A stretch of 63,122 bases of DNA, counting the filler, from Babesia bigemina (lineage: Eukaryota), in NCBI RefSeq assembly GCF_000981445.1. It is 6 parts of 6 records of this genome, joined end to end, with 100 filler letters (N's around TTAATTAATTAA, not from the genome) between each part and the next. Parts side by side here need not be neighbours in the genome. Positions count along the whole stretch, not along the records: positions 1 to 26,389 come from NW_012237336.1; 5 more parts are not named here. One strand, 5' to 3'. Below, piece after piece: positions 10,901 through 21,525 of the stretch; the stretch's first letter is position 1; each line of letters starts with the position of its first letter. The notes under the pieces were generated by a model, which saw only the letters and a list, made by a program, of their open reading frames with translations, made no database searches and was not told the origin of the DNA. The position numbers and the translations under genes were made by a program.

Positions 10901-13540
10901 GTTGTCATACCAATTTTATTGTTCTTCAACAATGTTAATTGCTGTTGTACTTCGTTGCCCGTTTGGTCAAAAGCTTTTAATATATGTTTCAGAGATGCAG
11001 TAATTTCTGTGGATATATGTGTCAGCGCGGTATTGATTCCACCGGCTGTTATGTCTATAGTTCTCTTAGTAATAGCGTCAACGGCTGGAGTCAGAGATTT
11101 ATCTCTGTAAGTTTTATAGGTTCCTAATGTCTCGTCTACATCCATGTCTGCGCCTGCACCATCGTTAGACTTCTTAAAAACACTTCCAACGCTGGCTGCG
11201 AAAGCATCAATCGCATTCTTAATTGTATTATCGAAATCGCTCACAAGCTTTTTTAGGCCCTTAGCTTTATCCTTTGCGCTAGAATAGTACTCAATATCAA
11301 ATTCCTTGTCGTTATCTACAGCATTTTTGAGTCTTTCAACTTTCACATGTATGGCTTCCACAACTACTTTGACCTCTTCATGTATTTGCTCCTTAATTGA
11401 TGTCATCACTTTCTGAACGACCTGATGGGAGTGCGTGGTAACGGCTTTCGCAATGCCAGAAAGGTAGGTGAGTAGGGATCGTACGTCTTCCTTGGAGATT
11501 GCATTTGACTGCAACTTTGGAATTATGGATTGAAAATTAGGGGCATACCTCGTCAGTTCCAGTTTGGAAAAATTTTCCATATCAATGCCCTCAATCTTAA
11601 CCTTCGTGATATCGAGATCTGTAACCGTACCATTAACAACCTTTTGAACTTCCTGTAGCTGTTGTCTAAGATTTTGTTTAACACTAGACAATGCTAGATT
11701 TATATCTTTATTCTGCACATTAACAAGCAAACTAATCACCTTTGCAATTTCCGCCATCGCTTCCTTGACGGGCGTCATGACTTGAGAGTCCAGATTTGAG
11801 AAATAACTTGTCAACTTTTGATAAGCGTTACTTTTAAGGGACATTAACATTTTCATTTTATCGGTAATACCTTTAATGCCATTTAGCTTCTTTACATTAT
11901 CCAAGTCCGCCGACACTTTCCCGATTGCCGTGTCAATAGCTTTCTGAGTTGCAGCAATTTTTTTCGAAAACTGCTCTGAACCTACTTTAAGTATTACGAT
12001 GGGCGTACTAACAATGTCCTCCATCCTCACCAAATCCTTCTTCAACTCACCATTCAATCCGTCAAGCGCAATCTCGACTTTCTTCGCCATATCTGTAACG
12101 TCAATGACATATCCTCCAATGTTATCCCTCCATCTATTCAACTCCTTCGCCTTTTCATCAATCCATGCATTCTTTTCATAACTAAGACTCCCATTTACAA
12201 TTTTATTAACATCTTTGCCCACCTGAAGTATTGCACCGTCTGCTTCGTTTATCCATTGTTGTAACTGATTAATGTTGTCCTGCAAATTCTTACTAATCTT
12301 TTCAAGGTCATTCAAAATCATCTTAACCCATGCTTTAAGCTGCTCGACAAGATCCTTCACATCCTTCTGAATCTTTTCGTTTATGCAGTTTTTCATTGTT
12401 GCAAGTTTATCTACAATCTCAGTTATGGTCACATAACTACGCTTTTCTCTCGTACATGATGTCTCAAGTCTGCTGGTCTCATGCTTGATGCACTCACGGA
12501 CACTACTTACACTCTCACGCAATTTATAATGAAGATCATTAATTACTTTGGTTGTTTTCAGAATTTCGCGTTCAAATTGGTTGCCGTAACCGACATATTT
12601 TTCGGCCAGCAATTCCGTGGGCTTTACGTGCGACGCAATTTCATCCGAAGGCATGCTCCTTATCAGTTTCTCGTTAGGAATTTTAGCGCTTTCCTTGGGG
12701 AAGTCTGTTTTCAAATGCTTTAACAACTTATTAATTGGTTCACCTACCTTAGTATTCGACTCCACAATTTTCTCATTGTACTGCCTCACCCTGCTAGTGA
12801 CACGGTCCACGACGCTCGTGAAGCCTTCAACACCTGAACATAATTTGGCATTTATTTCACGAATTAAACGGTCTAAAAACATTGTCTTACCTGCTTCATA
12901 AGGCTGTTTCTCGCTGACATCCTTGAGCACCTGATACAAAAATCCCATCACCCCGTCACACAGCCTATCCAGGTCAGAGTAGACGATGCCAGTGCCGTCG
13001 TAGCCTTTGGACTCAGAGTTGAAGCCGAGGAATTTTTCGAGGCCAGTGCAGAGGTTATTAAGGATGTTAGTAGGGTCATTTAACGCATTATTAGAATTCT
13101 CATGAAATCCACAGAGCTTCTGCACTTTCTTCAAAGCCTCCAACTTGGACTGCAATTTGTCTGAGTCAGCAGAGGGAGAGGGGGGAGGAAGAGAAGGATT
13201 TTGAAGCGATTGAAGCTTCTTAAGTTTATCATCAGTAAGCTGAATATCTTTCTTAACTTGTTACTAAGCTCACTAATTTTTAGGTTGTCAACAGACTGGC
13301 CACCAGAGTTGTCAGACACAGAAAGGTTAGTAACAAGAGAATTGTAAACATCATTTAGGTCATTTTTAAGGTCGGAATTATTGTCGAAACAAGCTTTAAT
13401 AGCATTCTTAACGGCTTTCTTAACACTCTCACTCTCACCAACAAATCCTCCAAGTTGACCAGCAAGGTGACCAAGGCTAATGAGCTTGGACTCAATGTCC
13501 TCCAAAGCTTTTTTAGTAGCATCATCAGTGAGAGAATGGT
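7930..13540 (-). pseudogene. ves1: VESA1-like gene 2; 1741-codon open frame (7930-13155) with a 1-nt frameshift near 13259 in the N-terminal part and no upstream in-frame ATG
   Basis: The C-terminus has a TM segment plus HIKSHLRSPSSHKITAQSLLAAAQVGRLAKISYLQP. Upstream frame 13131-13505 (EDIESKLISLGHLAGQLGGFVGES) matches paralogue 14864-20749 but shifts at AAC-AA-GTT. It could still be translated from the VMGF Met at 12948. Confidence 0.75.
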
Positions 13541-13544
13541 CGGC

Positions 13545-13736
13545 ATCAACAAGTTATTATAATGATTTATGGAGGTCATAGCGTTAATATAACGAAGTAA
13601 TTCAAGAGATTTGGAGATAGGGTGAACATGGTCAGGGCAGTGGCAAGAGGTGGAAGAGGGGAAGTGAAGGGTGACAAGGCACAAGTTACTATTGTGGTTT
13701 ATAGAGGTCATAGCGGTCTTAGGGCGAGGTAATTCA
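13545..13736 (-). promoter_or_regulatory. Tandemly duplicated ves 5' leader (ATGs at 13711 and ~13579)
   Basis: MTSINH.NNL occurs twice in ORF 13355-13711, out of frame with the ves coding frame. Confidence 0.6.
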
Positions 13737-13737
13737 A

Positions 13738-14631
13738 GGGATGTGGAGTGGGTTAGGGAGCGATGTAGAGTGGGTTAAGGGGCGATGTAGAGTGGATAAG
13801 GGAGCGATGTAGAATGGGTAAAGGGGCGATGTAGAGTGGGTTAAGGGGCGATGTAGAGTGGATAAAGAAGCGATGTAGAGTGGGTTAGGGAGCGATGTAG
13901 AGTGGATTAGGGAGCGATGTAGAGTGGATAAAGGAGCGATGTAGAGTGGATAAAGGGGCGATGTGGAGTGGATAAAGGAGCGATGTGGAGTGGTTAAGGG
14001 GCGATGTAGAGTGGCTTAGGGAGCGATGTGGAGTGGATAGAGGGGCGATGTAGAGTGGGTAAAGGGGCGATGTAGAGTGGATAAAGGAGCGATGTAGAGT
14101 GGGTAAAGGAGCGATGTGGAGTGGATAAAGGAGCGATGTGGAGTGGGTTAGGGAGCGATGTAGAGTGGGTTAAGGAGCGATGTAGAGTGGGTAAAGAAGC
14201 GATGTAGAGTGGGTTAAGGGGCGATGTAGAGTGGGTAAAGGGGCGATGTAAAGTGGGTAAAGGAGCGATGTAGAGCGGATAGAGGAGCGATGTAGGGTGG
14301 ATAAAGGAGCGATGAAGAGTGGGTTAGGGAGCGATGTAGAATGGATAAGGGGCGATGTAGAGTGGGTAAGGAGCGATGTAGAGTGGATAAGGGAGCGGTG
14401 TAGAGTGGGTTAAGGGGCGATGTAGAGTGGGTTAAGGGGCGATGTGGAGTGGGTTAGGGAGCGATGTAGAGTGGGTTAAGGAGCGATGTAGAGTGGGTTA
14501 AGGAGCGATGTAAGGTGGGTTAGGGAGCGATGTAGAGTGGGTTAGGGAGCGATGTGGAGTGGATAAAGGAGCGATGTAGAGTGGATTAGGGAGCGATGTA
14601 GAGTGGGTTAGGGAGCGATGTAGAGTGGATG
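13738..14631 (-). repeat. Array A (22 bp), about 40 units
   Basis: Direct periodicity; G-rich on the + strand. Confidence 0.97.
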
Positions 14632-14642
14632 ATAATCATCAC

Positions 14643-14742
14643 TTAGGTCATCACCTTGGTCATCACGTTGGTCACCACTTTGGTCAGCATCTTGGTCACC
14701 ACTCTGGTCAGCACATTGCTCAGCACATTGGTCAGCACTTTA
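14643..14742 (-). repeat. Array C (12 bp); no B or D array in this module
   Basis: TTGGTCAGCACA-type units. Confidence 0.88.
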
Positions 14743-14863
14743 GTTAACTACTACACAAGCACACACAACGATTAATGAGTGATGCAACAGATTAAAGCAC
14801 AATTCGTTGTATAGGTGAGTAGGTGATATGCTAGGTGAGTGTAGATAGTGAACGTGAGTACGA
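14743..14863 (-). repeat. Conserved ves 3' element, type 2
   Basis: CTCACCTATACAACGAATTGTGCTTTAATCTGTTG...TTAATCGTTGT; also at 21403-21525 and, more diverged, 49187-49310. Confidence 0.85.
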
Positions 14864-17800
14864 TTATGGTTGCAGGTAAAACACCCTGTTAAGCTTGTTA
14901 ACACGTCCAGCAGCAAGTAGTGACTGAGCAGCGATACGATGACTCGAGGGACTATGCAAATGCGATTTGATGTGGAGCAGGTCGAGGCGGATGACCATGA
15001 TGTGGATGAGGTACAGGACAGAGAGGAGCCAGAGCGCTACGTTGAGCCAGATGAAGGGGGCGCGAATTTGGAAGATGAATTGGGGTATTGTGACATGGAC
15101 CAATTTGGCAAGCGGATGCCCATCTACTTCTTTTTCATTGGTAACGCTTTTCAATACCATACACAAATCTTTGCACGTGCGCTTGGTTGTCTTGGCAGAT
15201 AGACTATTGCAATCTCCAAGTACGAAACCATATTTGTAGAAAGTGGGACGCATGAATTTGCAGTCAACTATGGATCCACATGATTCATCATGAGCAGAAC
15301 CTGGAGACATCGGCAACTCAGTTGCTGTACATTTATTCCTACATTTACTGACACGGCACCTAGAGCCAGTAGAATTGCAGTTAGTAGCGCATTCTTTGTA
15401 CAGCTGTTTTAGCAAATCAAGGAATGACTCTGTGCAGTAGACAATCCAAGACAGATATTTGTCTGCATTTTCTTTTGTGAAAGTAGCGCACATATCTTGA
15501 CAAATCGGCCTCAAGTATGGACCGCAAGGATGAGATGAAACAGATGATGAATTGGTATGGCAATCAACAAGTGCGTATAGATCGCCCGTAATATGCGAGC
15601 TCTTCTGGCTTGGGGGCTTCGTGCCATGGTCCCTGTGCTTGAATATGGTAGTGATGTCCAATTCGGTTTGGGGATTCTCGAAGTTAGAATCCATGACAGC
15701 TTTATGGAATGCGTCTTCCCTGTGCATCTGACGTGTTCCGGCAGCCTTGTCCCACTCATTAAGCAGAGTGCAATAGAAAGCGAACATGTCACCTAAAGTT
15801 TTCGGTGCACTAGGGAGGATGCATTTGAGTTGACTGCAGAGTTTTGTTAGAGGCGACATTTTGCTACCGCAGAATTCATGAAGCGTATTCAATATATGTT
15901 CACCAGTGTATCTGTGTGACGCCATTTGACTAATTTCTCCGAATCCCATGGGCGTATTACAAGGACCACCGGAGTGATTTTTTAATGAACATTGCAGTTT
16001 ACCTTTCTCGAATTTTAGATGATGCGGTAGGAAACCCTGCAACCCATCTTCTAAAAACGATTGAAGCGGCGACTTAAGCCCGCAGTTGACTGTTTGGTTG
16101 CACTTTTGGTTACAACTTTGGTTATGACTTTGGTCAGCACGTTGCTCAGGGCATTGGATGTTGTTGCACTTCCAGTTAGACCCACCGATATCACGACCAT
16201 ACCAGCAGTTGGCCCAGCCGCTGAGATCACTGGAATAACATTGACGATACAGGAAATAAAGTTGATGGTGAACGCGTGTCACGATATCAAACAAGCAGCA
16301 TACTAGTGTTATCATATCGGCGGGATATGCAAATTTATCTGCGTTGGTGTTGAAGTCGCAAGCGTAACGTCCTTCTGCGTGACCATAGCCTAGTACGGCA
16401 ACTAGTATGGTCTCCGAGTAGACACAAACATCGCGAAGGCTGGCCGATAATCTTGGAGCCGTGATATCGTGAGGATAGGCTGCCAGGGATACTTCTTTTT
16501 CAACACCAACAGCTATACCGTCTTCCGTATTAGCTTCAACGGCACCTTCGTCCGGCTTTTCAAATAGATCTTCGAAGCCGTTGAGTGTCAGTTCTGTGTA
16601 CACGCGATTATGCGTGAGACCAGTCAGCCAAAGCAGCATATCGTAGACGGACGATGGATGTCTGCCGGTTGAGGAACTGGTTACGTGGCAGACACGGTAA
16701 TACGTTTCAAGGCAATCATACAGGAAGTCAAGTATGTCAATTGCGCTGATAGTTTTTTCATCGCCATTATCACGATTGTGGTTAGATGACAGCCAATGTT
16801 TGACTTGTTTAAGCTTCTCACTTCCGTTGACCATTGCTTTTAATTTCTCATTAATACTTTGGCAACTCATTTCATTACGCAGTTCACCGTTTTGCATTCT
16901 GGCAGAATCTGATACAGCGTAACCGACCCCTTTAAAGCACAATCCGAGAGGATTATTTTTGTCATGTAAGTTAAGTTTAAACGTTTTCCATGAATAGACG
17001 CATTTTGATCGCATTTCACTAACATCGTTAGACATGATTGAGATCATGGTGAGGAAGACTTTTGACAAATCCCTTCCTTCCGCAGTCAAGTCATACTTCT
17101 CCACTACCCCCCTTAGACTAGATTCTTGTTTATAGTCTTTAATTAGCTCGCCTTTCAACGTCTGATGATCATACACGCTTATGTAAACCTTCCTCAATTC
17201 GTCTACAAACTGGGACAAACCTCCGGTGACACTGTCCATTGTCGGAGTGTTTGGCTTAGAGAAGTCTTCCGGTTTCATTTTGCTGATCGCGCCACTCAAC
17301 TTATCGAGCATCTCAGGTACCTGACTATCGTACCTATTTGTTTCCTTGAGGTGATCAAGTAAGTCATTAAATGAGGCATTGATGTCACCAAGCATCGAGG
17401 TGTATAGCGTCTCTTCAGTTGGAGTCTTTTGGTTCTTTTTATTTTCCTCGTTATGTAGTCTCTTAATTTCACCGTTAATATATGCCTTAAGCGGCCAGAA
17501 AAACTTTTGGAAATTCTTGGACAACTTTTGAAACGTTGCTTTATTATCCAGTGGTGGCCGGGATAGTTCGTCTGCAACTTCTTTAAGTAATTGCATATTC
17601 ACATTCGACGTATCATTACCATTAATCCTCCCCTGCAACGCCCGCATGAATCCTTTAAATCCCTCCTTCCTGTCCTTTTCGATTAGATCCGGCAGAGGTG
17701 ACAATTCCTCGGTGACCTTCTGGGCGAAGGCCGTCAGCAAATCCTTTACGGAGGAGACGTATTGTTTCCGCGCCAGAGTGGTGAGGGTGGAGGTAGCGTC

Positions 17801-20749
17801 TTTTAGTTTCGAGTTAATGTATTTTTCGATGAAGTATATAGTGCTATCGCGTAATTCTATGGCCTCCGATTCCAAACAGCTGTTTAAATCATTGAGAACA
17901 TCAGTGAGCAGACCGTTTTGCAAAGTTTCTAATTCGTCTCTAATCTTGGCGAGCTTTGCATCAATCCGATCGTTTGTCACAATGTGCAAACAACGGTATA
18001 TTTGTCGGCCCGTCATGGCAAATGCTGCTACGAGGTAGTTGATATTGTCGTTGATTTTAGTTGACCACTTTTTCAGGTTTTGTAAGGTTGCCTCGACATT
18101 AAATACCTTAGCAGAGTAGTTGGTGATGGCATCAAGGGCGCTGTTAACTTTACCTTTTCCATGTTGCTCATCTACGTAATTCGTCAACGTTCTGTCTACG
18201 GTTATATCATCGCCGAGATCGACGCTAGTTGACGTTGGTTTCTTAAACACTTCCTGCACTTTCTCAGCGAATGTCCCATGGATTGACTGTTTAATGTCAA
18301 CATCTTGATTGGAGATCGTGGCATCTCCGCCAAGCGCTTTCTCTAGGCTACTGTTAAGGTTGGAAATTTGTGTTTTTGCTGTATCCAACGCGTTGCTGAT
18401 TTTTGGACCGGCTGAGGTATCGAGATTCTTTTGGATTGATTTTACTTTTTCTATGGCCATAAACAAGGTATTTCCCAGCTTGAAATGGTCATCACCCGTA
18501 AGTGATTCGACCGCCTTACCGGCTGTTCTCGCCACACCTACGAGCTGCAATAAGATGGAAGAGACAGCGGCGTCGAGAGAGACTAAATCTCCGTTATGCG
18601 TGTTATTTTTAACAAAATTATTGATTTCATTAGCTATGTTACTGATTTCGACATTGCCGATTTTCCTAGTCTTTATACATCTACCAAGTGCGTCTGAAAA
18701 GCTATTGCAAACCTTCCGGATGATGCAAATGTTTTTTTCCATACCTGTTTTTCCATCGGCTGTTCCAGCGCCGAGGATGGCTCCGTTAATGTCGCTAACA
18801 AGCTTCTCACTGATAACATCTCTTATTTTTTTATTTAGCTGAGTATATGTTCCATTATCATTGTTTTGATATATCGGTTGTAGATGACTTTTATTCCCAA
18901 CGAAATTTTTAATGTACCCACTAACCGGTTCGTTTAGCAAAATGTAATCAATCCACTGATGCACTACGCTAGTAAAACCAGAGCCATCATTCGCCTTATT
19001 CTGAAACTTTTTACTGTGTTCATTCACCTTTGTCTGGATAGAGCCGATACCATCGTATTTGAATGCATTATAACTACCACCATTAAGAATTTGTTCAGAA
19101 CGAGTAGTTATATCTACTTTGAGTTTTTCCCAATCATAGTATATACCAGTTGACTTACTTTTCCCCTCGACCTGCTCTTTAATCCTTCCAATGTGCTTCT
19201 TAATTGAGTTAACATATTCTTTGGCGTAGTCCGTTACTGAAGCTTTAATTGTTCTTCGCATACTCGCCAAATCCTTTACAAGCTGTGCATCTAACCCTTT
19301 AAGGGCGTCCGCCGCCGTTTGCACTAATTCAGAAACTTTCATCCTCATATCATCCACATGCGCTCCGAGAGATATTATCCATCCTTTCAACTCCTTAGCA
19401 ACATGTTCGATCTCCATGCGGTAATCTGAACCGACCTCCCTGTTTACAATTTTCTGAACATCATTATCCCTAACCTCATCAATATATCTTTTTGTCTTAC
19501 TAATCCATTGTGTTAAGTTGCTGGCATGTTTCGAGAGATCGTGATTCATAGACACCAGTTTAGCTTTGATGGGTGTGATTTTTTCTATTAGTTTCTCAAC
19601 GAGGGTCTCGACACGCTCTCTGATTTCTACTTGCACGTACGTGTTAATATGCTCCATGCTGTCATTAACTGTTTTTATCATATTATTTAGGTCATTTTCT
19701 TTTTTTCTTGACAACTTGTCCAGTCTATCTCGCTCATGTTGTATAGTCCCTTTTGCATTTCTAACTTTATCACACAATGTACTATTTAGGTTAAAAATAT
19801 TATTACGCGCGTCAAAAAGTCTATTTTCTAAAGTTAGCGTATTGTCGAGGCAGCTACGCACCAAGTGCCAGGCGTCGTTCACCTTAGCAGAAGCTTCAAT
19901 TTCACCTGAAAAAGCATTATCATTTAGATTTTCACTCACCTGTTTTTTAAGCTCTTCCATATCTTCTTGTAATTTTTCAATCGGCCCTTTCACCCTCTCA
20001 TTCCCCTCCTGCACTTCCCTGTTATACCCCGCGATGCGAGCAGGCAACTCGTCGAAAAGCTTTTTAAAGCCCTCGTGACCTGAGCAAAGATGTTTGTTAA
20101 TTACGCTGCTTACCGAATTTAATGTATTTTTACCCACATTGTAAGGCTGTTTCTCGCAGACATCCTTAAGCACCTGATACAAAAACGCCATCACCCCGTC
20201 ACACAGCCTGTCCAAGTCGGAGTACACAATCCCAGAGCCGTCGTAGCCTTTGGACTCAGAGTTGAAGCCGAGGAAGGTCTGAAGGCCGTCACAAAGATTC
20301 TCTAAAAGCTTTTTAGGCTCATTTTGTTTAGTATTAAGATTAGTATAGAAATCACAAAGCTTCTTCACTTCCTTCAAAGCCTCCAACTTGGAGTGCAATT
20401 CGGCTGGGTCAGCAGAGGGAGAGGGGGAAGTGGAAAGAGGATTAAGATGGTTATTATGGTTTTCAAGTTGTTGTTCAAGAAGCTTAATTTCTTGACTAAC
20501 TCGCTGACTAAGCTTCTCAATTTCACCGGTGTCAACAGCCTGGTCAGCAGAGTTGACAGACTCAGAAAGGTTAGTAACATAAGAAGAGTAAAGATGTTTT
20601 AGGTCATTTTTAAGGTCTTTATTAGTGTCAAAAACAGCGATAATAGCATTCTTAACGGCTTTCTTAACACTCTCACTTTGACCAACAAATCCTCCAAGCT
20701 GGCCAGCAAGGTGACCAAGGCTAATGAGCTTGGAGTCAATGTCCTTCAA
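14864..20749 (-). CDS. ves1: VESA1-like gene 3 (1961-codon frame; track start is TTG, first ATG at 20191)
   Basis: KGYDGSGIVYSDLDRLCDGVMAFL, SPLQSFLEDGL and a Cys-rich C-terminal region, then TM and tail HIKSHLHSPSSHRIAAQSLLAAGRVNKLNRVFYLQP. A TAA closes the frame just upstream of FADTDHSLTDDA. Confidence 0.88.
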   Translation of the reverse strand: MKDIDSKLISLGHLAGQLGGFVGQSESVKKAVKNAIIAVFDTNKDLKNDLKHLYSSYVTNLSESVNSADQAVDTGEIEKLSQRVSQEIKLLEQQLENHNNHLNPLSTSPSPSADPAELHSKLEALKEVKKLCDFYTNLNTKQNEPKKLLENLCDGLQTFLGFNSESKGYDGSGIVYSDLDRLCDGVMAFLYQVLKDVCEKQPYNVGKNTLNSVSSVINKHLCSGHEGFKKLFDELPARIAGYNREVQEGNERVKGPIEKLQEDMEELKKQVSENLNDNAFSGEIEASAKVNDAWHLVRSCLDNTLTLENRLFDARNNIFNLNSTLCDKVRNAKGTIQHERDRLDKLSRKKENDLNNMIKTVNDSMEHINTYVQVEIRERVETLVEKLIEKITPIKAKLVSMNHDLSKHASNLTQWISKTKRYIDEVRDNDVQKIVNREVGSDYRMEIEHVAKELKGWIISLGAHVDDMRMKVSELVQTAADALKGLDAQLVKDLASMRRTIKASVTDYAKEYVNSIKKHIGRIKEQVEGKSKSTGIYYDWEKLKVDITTRSEQILNGGSYNAFKYDGIGSIQTKVNEHSKKFQNKANDGSGFTSVVHQWIDYILLNEPVSGYIKNFVGNKSHLQPIYQNNDNGTYTQLNKKIRDVISEKLVSDINGAILGAGTADGKTGMEKNICIIRKVCNSFSDALGRCIKTRKIGNVEISNIANEINNFVKNNTHNGDLVSLDAAVSSILLQLVGVARTAGKAVESLTGDDHFKLGNTLFMAIEKVKSIQKNLDTSAGPKISNALDTAKTQISNLNSSLEKALGGDATISNQDVDIKQSIHGTFAEKVQEVFKKPTSTSVDLGDDITVDRTLTNYVDEQHGKGKVNSALDAITNYSAKVFNVEATLQNLKKWSTKINDNINYLVAAFAMTGRQIYRCLHIVTNDRIDAKLAKIRDELETLQNGLLTDVLNDLNSCLESEAIELRDSTIYFIEKYINSKLKDATSTLTTLARKQYVSSVKDLLTAFAQKVTEELSPLPDLIEKDRKEGFKGFMRALQGRINGNDTSNVNMQLLKEVADELSRPPLDNKATFQKLSKNFQKFFWPLKAYINGEIKRLHNEENKKNQKTPTEETLYTSMLGDINASFNDLLDHLKETNRYDSQVPEMLDKLSGAISKMKPEDFSKPNTPTMDSVTGGLSQFVDELRKVYISVYDHQTLKGELIKDYKQESSLRGVVEKYDLTAEGRDLSKVFLTMISIMSNDVSEMRSKCVYSWKTFKLNLHDKNNPLGLCFKGVGYAVSDSARMQNGELRNEMSCQSINEKLKAMVNGSEKLKQVKHWLSSNHNRDNGDEKTISAIDILDFLYDCLETYYRVCHVTSSSTGRHPSSVYDMLLWLTGLTHNRVYTELTLNGFEDLFEKPDEGAVEANTEDGIAVGVEKEVSLAAYPHDITAPRLSASLRDVCVYSETILVAVLGYGHAEGRYACDFNTNADKFAYPADMITLVCCLFDIVTRVHHQLYFLYRQCYSSDLSGWANCWYGRDIGGSNWKCNNIQCPEQRADQSHNQSCNQKCNQTVNCGLKSPLQSFLEDGLQGFLPHHLKFEKGKLQCSLKNHSGGPCNTPMGFGEISQMASHRYTGEHILNTLHEFCGSKMSPLTKLCSQLKCILPSAPKTLGDMFAFYCTLLNEWDKAAGTRQMHREDAFHKAVMDSNFENPQTELDITTIFKHRDHGTKPPSQKSSHITGDLYALVDCHTNSSSVSSHPCGPYLRPICQDMCATFTKENADKYLSWIVYCTESFLDLLKQLYKECATNCNSTGSRCRVSKCRNKCTATELPMSPGSAHDESCGSIVDCKFMRPTFYKYGFVLGDCNSLSAKTTKRTCKDLCMVLKSVTNEKEVDGHPLAKLVHVTIPQFIFQIRAPFIWLNVALWLLSVLYLIHIMVIRLDLLHIKSHLHSPSSHRIAAQSLLAAGRVNKLNRVFYLQP

Positions 20750-20789
20750 GGCTCTTCTAGTAGCATCATCAGTAAGAGAATGGTCAGTA

Positions 20790-20966
20790 TCAGCAAATTA
20801 TTATAAAGGTTTATAGAGGTCATAGCGGTAATAATACGAAGTAATTCCAAAGATTTGGAGTTAGGGTGAACATGATGGGACTTGGCAGTGGCAAGAGGTG
20901 GAAGAGGGAAGTGAAGGGTGACAAGGCACAAGTTATAGTCATGGTTTATAGAGGTCATAGCGGTAT
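20790..20966 (-). promoter_or_regulatory. Tandemly duplicated ves 5' leader (ATGs at 20958 and 20823)
   Basis: ORF 20746-20958 contains MTSINHDYNL...MTSINLYNNL and is out of frame with gene 3. Confidence 0.6.
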
Positions 20967-20967
20967 A

Positions 20968-21112
20968 GTAGAGTGGGTTAGGGAGCGATGTAGAGTGGAT
21001 AAGGGGGCGATGTAGAGTGGGTTAAGGGGCGATGTAGAGTGTGTTAAGGGGCGATGTAGAGTGGATAAAGGGGCGATGTAGAGTGTGTTAAGGGGCGATG
21101 AAGGGTGGGTAA
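20968..21112 (-). repeat. Short array A (about 6-7 units)
   Basis: Direct 22-nt periodicity. Confidence 0.93.
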
Positions 21113-21125
21113 TAATCACCAATTG

Positions 21126-21402
21126 TGACCATGTCATCGCTGCCTAACCATGTCATCGCTGCCGTAACCATGTCATCGCTGCCGTGACCATGTCATCGCT
21201 GCCGTCACCATGTCATCGCTGTCGTTACCATGTCATCGCTGCCGTGACCATCAACTTGGTCACCACTTTGGTCATCGCTTTGGTCGTGGCATTGGTCACC
21301 ACGTTGGTCATGGCATTGGTCAGCACTTTGGTCAGCGCATAGGTCACCACGTTGGTCAGCACTTTGGTAAGGTGATAGGTCAGGTGGTTGGTCAGCACTT
21401 TA
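21126..21402 (-). repeat. Array B (21126-21251) followed by array C (21255-21402)
   Basis: CCATGTCATCGCTGCCGTRA units, then TTGGTCAGCACT-type units. Confidence 0.9.
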
Positions 21403-21525
21403 GTTAAGTACTACACAATCACATACAACGATTAACGAGTGATACAACAGATTAAAGCACAATTCGTAAGTTAGGTGAGTACGTGATATGCTAGGTGAGT
21501 ATAGATAGTCAACACGTGAGTACGA

